The notes under the pieces were generated by a model. The model worked only from the letters and a program-made list of their open reading frames with translations. It ran no database searches and was not told the origin of the DNA. Both the position numbers and the translations under genes were made by a program. A stretch of 28,563 bases of DNA from Octopus sinensis. Lineage: Eukaryota. Where the stretch lies: positions 1 through 28,563 of the forward strand of contig NW_021827511.1 in assembly GCF_006345805.1 (NCBI RefSeq), written 5' to 3'. Below are positions 8,140 through 17,384 of this stretch, piece after piece; position 1 is the first letter of the stretch; every line of letters starts with the position of its first letter.

Positions 8140-10163
8140 GTGTGTGTGTTGATCATCAACTGCCAACCAATAAATCATTTGATGAGGCATTCAATAAATT
8201 TTTGAACAAACATCAGTACGAAGGGGCAGCGATTGCTTTATCACGACATGGCAAACTTATTTATGCCAGAGGTTACGGGAAATTGCATAAAGAACACAAA
8301 ATCACCCCAGAAACGTTGTTCCCGGTTTCAAGCATTGCCAAGATGTTTACTGCAGTCTCCATTCTGAAATTAGCCGAAGAAAACAAATTGGTGCTCTCAA
8401 ATAAAGTATTTGGTAAAAGAGGAATTTTAGGTCATTTGAAACCGTGGGGCGCTCATCATACTGACAAACTGTTGTATGATATAACAATTGATGATCTGCT
8501 GCGCCACGCTGCTGGTTGGAACGCAAACAAACCACCTCTGTTTGATCCTCTGCTGAACTCTGTATATTTATCTAAAGGCTACCGTGTACCCAACATAACT
8601 GACATCATGAAGTTATCTCGACCATTAGAACTGAGAGACGTCATCAGATATGTCATTTCCCTTCCTCTTCACGATCGACCAGGTACACACTCAACATACT
8701 CAAATTTTGGTTACGTCATATTGGAACGAATTATCGAGAAGGTACAAGAGTTAGGCTACGCTGATTTTGTTCGTAAGAACATTCTGGAGCCGTGTGGTAT
8801 GTGGCATACAAAGGGTAGCATCGCTAACCACCACCATGATGAGAAAAACAAGAAGAACGGTGCTGTATTACATATGCCGTCCAATACCTTACATGCTCCA
8901 CCAGAACATGCCAGAGTTGAATGGCACTCCAACGTTTATGATGTAATGCGCTTTTCTCGTTGTTTGGATTATTCTGGCGACCATCATCTTCTCAACGCGT
9001 CCGGAGTAAGAATGCTCTTGGAGAAACCAAGCCGTGTAGTTGGACATGTCGATAGTTGGATGGGAGCTGGGATCAATGTCAACAAACATGGCCATATTTG
9101 GCAAGAAAGTGACATGAACACAGATGATATGCTCTTTTATCATAAAGGATTGTTGAAGTCTATGCATAAACACCACAACTCAACACATTCGTCAGCTGAT
9201 GCATTTGTGATGCTGTTAGTTGGAAGAAAGAACAAAAATTTATTCAACAAAGAAATTTTACATTTTGCAAAGAATTTTGATCTTCATACTCCTGATTATT
9301 TCAATTACGATCTCTCAGACATTCAAATTGGTACTCCAGCCGAAGGATCGCGTATCGTTAAGTATCAAGTACCAGAGAGACATATTTCAGCATATGTTAG
9401 TGCCATCCGAGAACAAGACTTTAAAGTGGAATGGATTAGTGCTTATGAGTTTAAAGAAAAAACCTTTTTCAGTGTTATAGCCCACTTTAATCCTGGTCAA
9501 ACTCCAGACGCCTTCTACCTCGAACATGGTTTAGAGGAAAAGAGACTTCTACATTACAAGCATGTCTACGCAGAAAGTCATGCCTACCTGAAATTGATAC
9601 AAACATATAAAAGTTATTCACACGGAGGCACGCAAAAATATATGGCACTTTTTAACAAGGAAAGCGAACCCCCAGTGGATATTAAATTCGGAATTCGGCA
9701 ATATTCTCAAAGTTATAAACTCTTCGCTCATGTATATAACGAGAAGGGTTACGTTCCGAGGATTCAAAGTTTTTTCCACATAAACCACGAGCCATTGGTA
9801 TGCTTTATTCTGGAAAAGAAACCCATTAAATTTTCTAAAGAGTATATGAATATCAGTTTACGAGATCTTATCTTTAGTATGAAGCTAAATTTCAAATCTG
9901 GCCGAGTCATGACATACCTGGATTCCTCAAGCCGCTATAAAAAACCTCGATTTTCGGTAATTTATCGCAGAGACACTACCAGACAAGGTCTCTTTAAACA
10001 TAACCTTACTGCTTCAGGTGTAGGTGAAGTTATCGCTTATCATTACTTTAGAGGAAGCTATTTCCCGAAACTGCTTGTGGGTTACGTAAATAAGAAGGGC
10101 GTTTTGCATTATGCCGTTTATCTTGAGCGAAAAACTTCTTTAAAAAACAAAAAAGTGAACTAA
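8140..10163 (+). CDS. Large terminal coding exon: beta-lactamase-related (PBP/class C-like) serine hydrolase domain plus five C-terminal polyglycine-hydrolase-like (BTRD1-like) repeats; true start probably in an upstream exon
   Basis: 683-codon ORF 8112-10163 with normal amino-acid complexity. Motifs: GAAIALSRHGKLIYARGYG, FPVSSIAK (SxxK, Ser codon 8331-8333), LLRHAAG (8496-8516), YSNFGY (Tyr codon 8697-8699), ILEPCGM. Five ~50-aa repeats at residues ~414-673 (9351-10130). The first 9 codons are a polypyrimidine tract ending in TAG at 8137-8139, so the exon starts at 8140 in phase 1. Stop TAA 10161-10163. Confidence 0.9.
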
Positions 10164-10199
10164 AAAAGACAACAGAACATCACAGACTTATCAATTGAA

Positions 10200-10205
10200 A
10201 ATAAA
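10200..10205 (+). promoter_or_regulatory. Candidate polyadenylation signal AATAAA
   Basis: First AATAAA after the stop codon. Further AATAAA runs occur at ~10735-10755, so the site actually used cannot be determined. Confidence 0.25.
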
Positions 10206-11120
10206 ACAAACTATTAAAAAACGCGGTGGAATGTCATTAAAAATTAAATTACTTAAATGAATACAGTTTTTTTTTATGGTTGTAAAACATTTTCCGCAAT
10301 TAAAAAGCAAAGAAGATTATTGTTACGATTTGAGCTATTATTTAAACATTACATCGAATGTTTTCCTCCTTTTGTAAAGATCGGTTCAGTAGGACGTAGC
10401 TGTGATCGTGTCTCATCGTGTCTCATCTAGTCAAATACTGATACATCAAACTCTGGTTACCAGACTGAGCGAACCACCCCCAGTAAATCACAAACGCGCG
10501 CGTACGCACGCACAAACACACACTGGTATACCCATATGCACTCTCATTGACACACATAAACAGAAGCATCCATACACACACACAGATACATACTATGAAC
10601 ATCTTTGCACAAACTACTTAACGTCTGGTTTTGATAAACGTCATCATATTTTCCACCATCAAAATTTGTTTGAAATCGATGTATTCTTTACAAAATCAAT
10701 ACATCATATAAGATCAATACATTGCAATTTGAAATAAATAAATAAATAAATAAAATTTTATTGATATTTCCCCATATTCTGCCATATTTCACGTCGTGCT
10801 CCGTTTAGTAAATTTCTTTTTTTTTTTGGTTCGTCTTTAAATGTAATTCGTGTTATATTTTTTGTTCTTAAACATTACGAAAAATATATTTTAAACTCTT
10901 GGTTTCTTTGGATAAAAAATCAAAAAAAAATCGAAGAACTACCTTTGATAATTCTTGGAATTACAACAACCACTTCAACATCAACGATTCCTCTTCCGTT
11001 ACAACAGCAATAAATGTATTTGGAATTAATAAAATTGTATCCGTTCTATATTTTTTGAGTTTTTCATTGAATTTGAAAATATTTTTCTTAATTCGGATTT
11101 CTCGATTCTTTTTTCTTACC

Positions 11121-11201
11121 TTTTATCTTTTACTTATTTCAGCCATTGGACTGCGGCCATGCTGGGGCATCGCCTTGAAGGATTTTAGTCGAACAAATCG
11201 A
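11121..11201 (-). mobile_element. SINE family A 3' end (left part of a LINE-interrupted copy)
   Basis: ttttacttatttcagccattggactgcggccatgctggggcatcgcc...tttagtcgaacaaatcga. Confidence 0.8.
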
Positions 11202-11202
11202 T

Positions 11203-12864
11203 TTGATTGATTGATTGATTGATTGATTCTAGTTTCAGCCCATGAGCTGTGGCCATGCTGGGGCACCGCCATTTGGTATTGCTACTTGGTTTCACTTCAC
11301 GAAAGCTTTCTAGCAGCTGCCATTTGGTGCATGAGAGAGTTCGATGCAGCTGCCCTCATCTGCCCCTCCTGCCGTGAAGTTGGTTCATCTGGGACACCTG
11401 ACAGGAAGAGATCCAGCTTCATTTTAAAGACATCTGCATCCACCCCATGCAGGTCTCTCAGGTTCTTCGGGAGGATATTGAAGAGCTGTGAGCCTCGGAA
11501 GCCCAGGCTATCACAGAATCTTGTCCTACATCTTGATGGCAAGTTTGGAGTCCTAGGCACCACGCAGTGGCGCCCAGTTCTGGCATTTGCGTAACTCTCG
11601 ATGCCAAAGTTCAGGACACGTCCCTCCAGGATCTTCCAGATGTATATTATGGCATATCTTTCCCGCCTACGCTCCAGGGAATATAGTTTTAATCTCTTGA
11701 GTCTTTCCCAGTAGCTTACATTCTGCATAGAGGCTATCTTCGTGTAGCTACGTTGGATCGCCTCGAGCTCTGTGAACAACTTGACACTGGATGGTGACCA
11801 TAACTGAGAGCAGTAGTCAAAGTGGCTTAGGACAAGTGTCCTCCAGAGGACCATCATGGTTTCTTGTTCTCTTGTTCTAAAGGTTCTGAGGATCCATCCG
11901 GCCAGTCGTCTACATTTCATTGCCAATTTAGCAACATGTACACGAAAGGTCGCGTCATCACTCATGTAAATACCCAGGTCACGCACTGATTGTGCCTCTG
12001 GGATTGCTATTCCTCCGGGTCCAGTGTATTCATTGGGTATTGCATTTAGTTTTGCATGCTGATAGTATAGAGCTTGAAACTTTTCAGCATTGAACTGCAT
12101 GCTATTCTTTTCGGCCCACTTGTATATTTTGTCCAGCTCACATTGCAGGTGTTTAGTGTCCTCAGGGTTCTGTATTGCCTGTGAAACTTTTGTATCATCT
12201 GCATAACTTGTGATCGTGGCTCTCTGCGTGGCTGAGGGCATGTCTGAGAGGGCCATTATGAACAGTAGTGGTCCCAGAACAGTGCCCTGCGGAACACCGC
12301 TCACTATTTGCATGTTAATGGAAGTGGCCTCATTGGCTACTACCACCTGACTTCTATCTTTCAGAAAGTCATGAAGCCATTCTCCCAGTTTTCCAACTAT
12401 GTTGAGATCACGCAGTTTGTGACATATCATTCCATGATCGACTTTATCAAAGGCCTTTGCAAAGTCGAGATATATCACTTCCACATTTGAGTGGTTGAGC
12501 AGCCGTTTCAGCACCCAGTCATAGTGTTGTAGGAGCTGAGTTAAACAGCTTCTCCCTGGTCGGAAACCATGTTGGGTGTCGGGCAGCAAGTCATTCTCTT
12601 CAAGGAAGGTGATCAGCTTCCTTCTGACTATCGTTCCATGACCTTGCTGATGTGTGAGGTCAGAGAGATAGGTCTATAGTTCTTGGCTTCCGCTCTGCTA
12701 CCTCCTTTATGAATGGGGCATATTTTACCTTCCTTCAGTTTTCTTGGAAGTTTGCCAGCTGCAAGGAAGCTCTGAAAGAGGAACTGCAGTGGTCTTGCTA
12801 GGACTCTCTTACATGCTTTTAGGAGGATTGCCGGGAATCCATCGGGGCCAGTAGCTGATTTTAG
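11203..12864 (-). mobile_element. 5'-truncated CR1/L2-group LINE: reverse transcriptase, 3' UTR and (AATC)n tail
   Basis: RT motifs QHGFRPGRSC, YLDFAKAFDKVDH, SGVPQGTVLGPLLF, YADDTK, VRDLGI and C-terminal ERRRERY...IWKIL. The frame extends upstream across a 1-nt deletion near 12631 (ER/IVRRK) to KSATGPDG...NYRPISLTSHISKVME. Stop TGA 11297-11299; tail repeat 11203-11228. Confidence 0.92.
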
Positions 12865-12914
12865 TAGTTATTTTTTTTTCAAAAGCCTGGTACTTATTCT
12901 ATCGATGTCTTTTT
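12865..12914 (-). mobile_element. SINE family A continuation (right part of the LINE-interrupted copy)
   Basis: ttatttttttttcaaaagcctggtacttattctatcgatgtctttt corresponds to ttattctttgtaagcctagtac(t/g)tattctatcggtctcttt in intact copies. Confidence 0.7.
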
Positions 12915-13189
12915 CATGTACTATGGGAAAAAAAAGAAAAAAAGATGATAGCACATACCTCAGAAAAGGTCTCAGAAAATGTCAAAAGCAGCCATTCTCT
13001 GGGAATTGTATGCCAGAAGAGAATCTGTTGGTTATTGTTGTCAAGGACTACAAAAAAACAAACAAACAAACAAACAAACAAAAAACCCAAAAAACAAAAC
13101 AAAACAAAACGACTGCCGTCTAATCGAGATTTCAGTCCCAATATATGATAATAACAAGAAATTGAGAGATTATCGAAATACAAAGCATG

Positions 13190-13431
13190 CAATAATCCTT
13201 TCCACTATAGGCACAAGGCCTGAGATTAGGAGGGAGGGGATGAATCGATTACATCAACCCCAGTATGCCACTGGTACATAATTTATCGACCCCGAAAGGA
13301 TAAAAGGCAAAGTCGACTTCGCGGAATTTGAACTCAGAATGTAGCGACAGGCGAAATACCGAAAAGCATTTTGTCCGATGCGCTAACGATTCTACTAGCT
13401 CACCGTCTTCACAAAGCATCCAATGATAATA

Positions 13432-13503
<72 letters not shown>
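13190..13503 (-). mobile_element. SINE family B copy (tail ii) followed by a long (TAA)n
   Basis: aatcctttccactataggcacaaggcctgag...aaggcaaagtcgacttcgcggaatttgaactcag...gctaacgattctactagctcaccg; (TAA)n 13425-13503. Confidence 0.85.
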
Positions 13504-13504
<1 letters not shown>

Positions 13505-13505
<1 letters not shown>

Positions 13506-13605
13506 CCTGGTGTGCCCTTATCAGACGGGTAGTCATGATGGGTATACTGGGCTTCGTATATTTTACCCCAGTGTCACTTTGATGGCATGCACTGCTCTCT
13601 CACTC
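13505..13605 (+). mobile_element. ~100-bp segment flanked on both sides by (TAA)n; probable 3' end of a 5'-truncated retroelement
   Basis: Unique-looking gcctggtgtgccc...gcatgcactgctctctcactc between pure TAA arrays; no coding signal. Confidence 0.4.
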
Positions 13606-13650
<45 letters not shown>

Positions 13651-13683
13651 TGTAGTAGTAGTAGTAGTAGTAGTAATTTTTAA

Positions 13684-13803
13684 GAATACAATGTGATACC
13701 AATGGTGATTGGTATTCTTGGAAGTATCAGTACCCAGCTACCAACATGACTCAAAAGACTGGTACAGATGTAAATATAGAACACCTACAAAAATCATCAT
13801 TGA
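13684..13803 (+). pseudogene. Short C-terminal fragment of an RLE-type non-LTR element
   Basis: EYNVIPMVIGILGSISTQLPT*LKRL/(G)TDVNIEHLQKSSL matches the post-endonuclease VIPxVIGALG...LQKxxL motif of R4/Dong-like proteins. Confidence 0.65.
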
Positions 13804-14325
13804 ATCCGGTTATAAATATCTGGGAATACTTGAGGCAGATGGAATTAAACACAACGATATGAAAGAAAAGATAAAGGAAGAGTACCTGTGGTGAGTGAGA
13901 AAAATATTGGCTTCAAAGATGAATGCCAGAAACATAATTTCGGCAATAAACTCGCGCGCAGTCGCAGTAGTTCGGTATGGCGCTGGAATGCTGAAGTGGA
14001 GAGACGAGGAGCTAAAGGAAGGTAAGAAAGCTCCTAACGATGCATGGAGCCCATCATCCGCATGCAGACATTGATCGCCTATATATATGAGGAGAGCAAG
14101 TGGAGGAAGGGGGCTGGTAAGTGTGGAAGACTGCGTACGTTTCCAACACGGGAGCTTAACGAGATACCTATCCCAACGTAAGGAGACCTTGCTAGTGTCA
14201 GCTGGGAGTGAGGGAGTATTAAAACCAGAGAAAAGAGGAAAAACAAAGGAAGAATTACAAAAAGGACATGAAGAAGAATTACGCCAGAAGGAACTACACA
14301 ACTAATTCCATGTAGCCACAACAGA

Positions 14326-14640
14326 TAAACGATAACGGTCGCCCTTTTCAAGCCTAGCCAGGCTCATGGGCCCGGCTTCCCGGTTTCTGTGGAGTATGTG
14401 TTCCCCCCAGCTGGACGGGACGCCAGTCCATCGCAGCGTTACTCAAGAAACAGGAAGAAAGAGTGAGAGAAAGTTGTGGCGAAAGAGTACAACAGGGGTC
14501 GCCACCACCCTCTGCCGGAGCCTAGTGGAGCTTTTAAGTGTTTTCGCTCAATAAACACACAACGCCCGGTCTGGGAATCGAAACCGCGATCCTCCGACCG
14601 CGAGTCCGCTGCCCTAGCCACTGGGCCAGTGCGCCTCCAC
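14326..14640 (-). mobile_element. SINE family D (body type 1, V-domain-like) with 12-bp TSD
   Basis: tRNA-like head at 14640; body ttgagtaacgctgcgatggactggcgtcccgtccagctgggggg...cagaaaccggg; TSD agccacaacaga (14314-14325) / agtcacaacaga (14641-14652). Confidence 0.9.
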
Positions 14641-15358
14641 AGTCACAACAGAAGTTGCTGGAAAACATAGGTGGGATTGGCTGAAGAAAGGAACACTGAA
14701 AAAAGAGACCGGAGAGCACTATTCTGGCAGCGCAAGACCAAGCTTTGGCTACGAATTGGAGGGTCAACCGTAAGAATGAGCAAGTATCTTCGCTGTGTCG
14801 CATCTGCATTAGAGTGGATGAAACTATTGCCCACATCACGAAAGAATGCACTACACTTGCCCAAAACTACTACAAATTGTGGCGACACGATGAGGTAGTG
14901 ATAGTGTTACATTGTGCGAAAAGTGGGGGCTAGAGAGAGGTAAGACGAGGTATGAGCACAAACTGCCGAGAGTGGCGGAATCGGAGACTTGCAAAACCCT
15001 GTGGGATTACCCAATTCAAACAGATCAGGTGCTAGAGCATAATAGACCGGACTTAGTGGTGGTGGACAAGATGCACCACATGTGCTATATAGTTGACGTT
15101 GCATGTCCCTTCGACCCACGAATAATCAAGAAGGAAGGGGAAAACGTAGATAAATACGACACAGTAAGTACGAAATAGTCCGGCTGTGGAAAATGAAGGT
15201 GAAGATAATGCCAATTATTGTTGGGTCAGAAGGCATCAAGAGGAATATAAAGGAAATCGGAATAGAGTGCCCAGTAGAACTGCTATAAACGGTTTTCTTC
15301 CTTGGCACGGCCATAATAACCAGGAAAGTGTTAGATAGCTGAAAAGAACAAATAGCAT

Positions 15359-15598
15359 GATACCTATTTCTTTACTACCCACAAGGGGCTAAACACAGAG
15401 AGGACAAACAAGGACAGACAAACGGATTAAGTCGATTATATCGCCCCCCAGTGCGTAACTGGTACTTATTTAATCGACCTCGAAAGGATGAAAGGCAAAG
15501 TCGACCTCGGCGGAATTTGAACTCAAAACGTAGCGGCAGACGAAATACAGCTACGCATTTCGCCTGGCGTGCTAACGTTTCTGCCAGCTCGCCGCCTT
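15359..15598 (-). mobile_element. SINE family B, tail type i, inserted in the Dong-like 3' UTR
   Basis: tatttctttactacccacaaggggctaaacacagagaggacaaacaaggacagacaaacggattaagtcgattata...ctgccagctcgccgcctt; gatacc on both sides. Confidence 0.9.
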
Positions 15599-15739
15599 CG
15601 ATACCGATACCATAATACCGTAGGCCGCAGGTAGCAAGCCCGGTACGTATTGTAAGACTTCAGGAGTTACAACAAGACCTGAGATAAAAAGAATAATAAT
15701 GATGACGACGATGACGAAAACAACAACATTGATGATAGA

Positions 15740-16031
15740 CTCTCCTATCGAAGACGGCGAATGAGCTTTTTAGCTTTTGCCGAACAACCTACACAAATGA
15801 TTTGTTTATAAGAATCGAATGTATGTGTCGCACATTAACTCACGTCTTCCATCAAAGCGACGTTGGATGAACAGGTGCACGGTGTCTACCACACGTCAGG
15901 TGTCGAAATGATCACGGAACAACGTGAGATGAAGTGTTTTGCTTAAAAACATAACGCACCACCTGGTCTAGGAATTGAAATCACGATCGCTAGACCATGA
16001 GTGCAACACCCTAACCACAACGCCATGCGTC

Positions 16032-16032
<1 letters not shown>
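15740..16032 (-). mobile_element. Degenerate tRNA/CORE-like SINE with a further distinct body (family F)
   Basis: Minus head aagacgcatggcgttgtggttagggtgttgcactcatggtctagcgatcgtgatttcaattcctagaccagg...gttatgtttttaagcaaaacacttcatctcacgttgttccg. Confidence 0.6.
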
Positions 16033-16126
<94 letters not shown>

Positions 16127-16185
16127 AGTAATAATAATAATAATAATATAATAATAATAATAATATAATAATAATAATAATAATA
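16033..16185. repeat. (TAA)n-(TGA)n-(TAA)n compound microsatellite
   Basis: Directly visible. Confidence 0.95.
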
Positions 16186-16391
16186 AAAATACTCTCTATG
16201 TAATCCCAAGGTTGAAAACAAATTTTTTTTATGTATTAGACATTCACTAGTACAACACCAAAAAAAAAAAACGCCAAATATATGGCACACTAGGCATAAC
16301 AACAGCGTGAACTTCCAACCTGTTGTCTCTTGAGGTCTCTGGGTGAGACTTGGAGCCAACTTGTACAGACATAAAGCAAAAGTCAAACATA

Positions 16392-17095
16392 GAATAATAA
16401 TAATAATAATAATCCTTTTTTCTAAAGGCATAAGGCCTGAAGTTTTTTGGGAGGTAACAAGTCGATTAGATCAATCCCAGTACGCAACTGGTACTTAATT
16501 TATCGACCCCGAAAGGATGAAAGGCAAAGTCAACCTCGGTGGAATTTGAGCTCGGAACGTATAGGCGGAAGAAATACCGGCGGAATTTGGACCCCAGAAC
16601 GTGAAAACGGACAAAATGCCGCAAGTATTTCGCCCGGCGTACTAACGATTCTGTCTGCTCTCCCTCCTCTTTTGGAAGCAAAAATTTTATTTCTGTATTG
16701 CCCACAAGGGACTAAACATAGAGGGGACAAACAAGGACCGAGAAAGGGGTTAGGTCGATTGCATCGACCCCAGTGTGTAACTGGTACTCAATTTATCGAC
16801 CCCGAAAGGCAAAGTCGACCTCGGCGGAATTTGAACTCAGAATGTAGCGGCAGAAGAAATACCTATTTCTTTACTACCCACAAGGGGCTAAACACAAAGA
16901 GGACAAACAAGGACAGACAAAGGGATTAAGTCGATTATATCGACCCCAGTGCGTAACTGGTACTTAATTTATCGACCCCGAAAGGATGAAAGTCAAAGTC
17001 GACATCGGCGGAATTTGAACTCAGAACGTAACGGCAGGCGAAATACCGCAAAGCATTTCGCCCGGCGCGCTAACGTTTCTGCCAGCACGCCGTTC
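16392..17095 (-). mobile_element. Head-to-tail cluster of three SINE family B units
   Basis: Repeated aaggcaaagtc(g/a)acctcgg(c/t)ggaatttga; tails ii, i, i; junction agaaatacc|tatttctttactaccc at ~16860. Confidence 0.9.
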
Positions 17096-17384
17096 TTAGT
17101 AGCAAAATATTGGTAAGTCTTTTAGTATTTTTACTGTTGGCTTAATTTTGTTCTGATTGGTTGGAAGAAATTATCATGTTTCCCTTCTCGTTCTCACAGA
17201 ATGAAACTTATTTTAATTTGGAATAGGGGAGGGCAAATTTGGAGTCAGAGAGCGCGAGCGGCTGTTATCTCCCAGCCATAATCTACTTGATTAAAAAAAA
17301 TTTTTTTTTTAGATACTTTTATTTTGTATGGGATATCGCGTTTTCTTTTCCTTTCATGCAAGCTGTCATATTCAACACGAAAAC

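Larger units (their letters stand above)
13804..15700 (+). mobile_element. 5'-truncated, decayed R4/Dong-like RLE non-LTR retrotransposon (RT C-terminus, CCHC knuckle, PD-(D/E)xK endonuclease, 3' UTR) interrupted by two SINEs
   Basis: GYKYLGILEAD...AINSRAVAVVRYGAG...ADIDRLY...GGRGLVSVEDCV; CRIC-x8-H-x4-C (14796-14849); LWDYPIQTD...HNRPDLVVVDK...IVDVACPFD...KY; PIIVGS..., LGTAIITRKVLDS* (TGA 15340-15342). The 3' UTR ends in aataataat at 15692-15700. Multiple stops and frameshifts. Confidence 0.88.

Noticed and set aside
8347-9480. Minus-strand ORFs antisense to the hydrolase exon (8347-8535, 8889-9176, 9220-9480)
   Set aside because: Short shadow ORFs of a real coding exon, with no motifs.
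17105-17118. Consensus donor ttg|gtaagt (and ctg|gtaagc at ~20320 with an upstream acceptor at ~20212)
   Set aside because: The first follows SINE sequence with no exon; the second candidate exon has stops in all three frames. At most non-coding, and unsupported.
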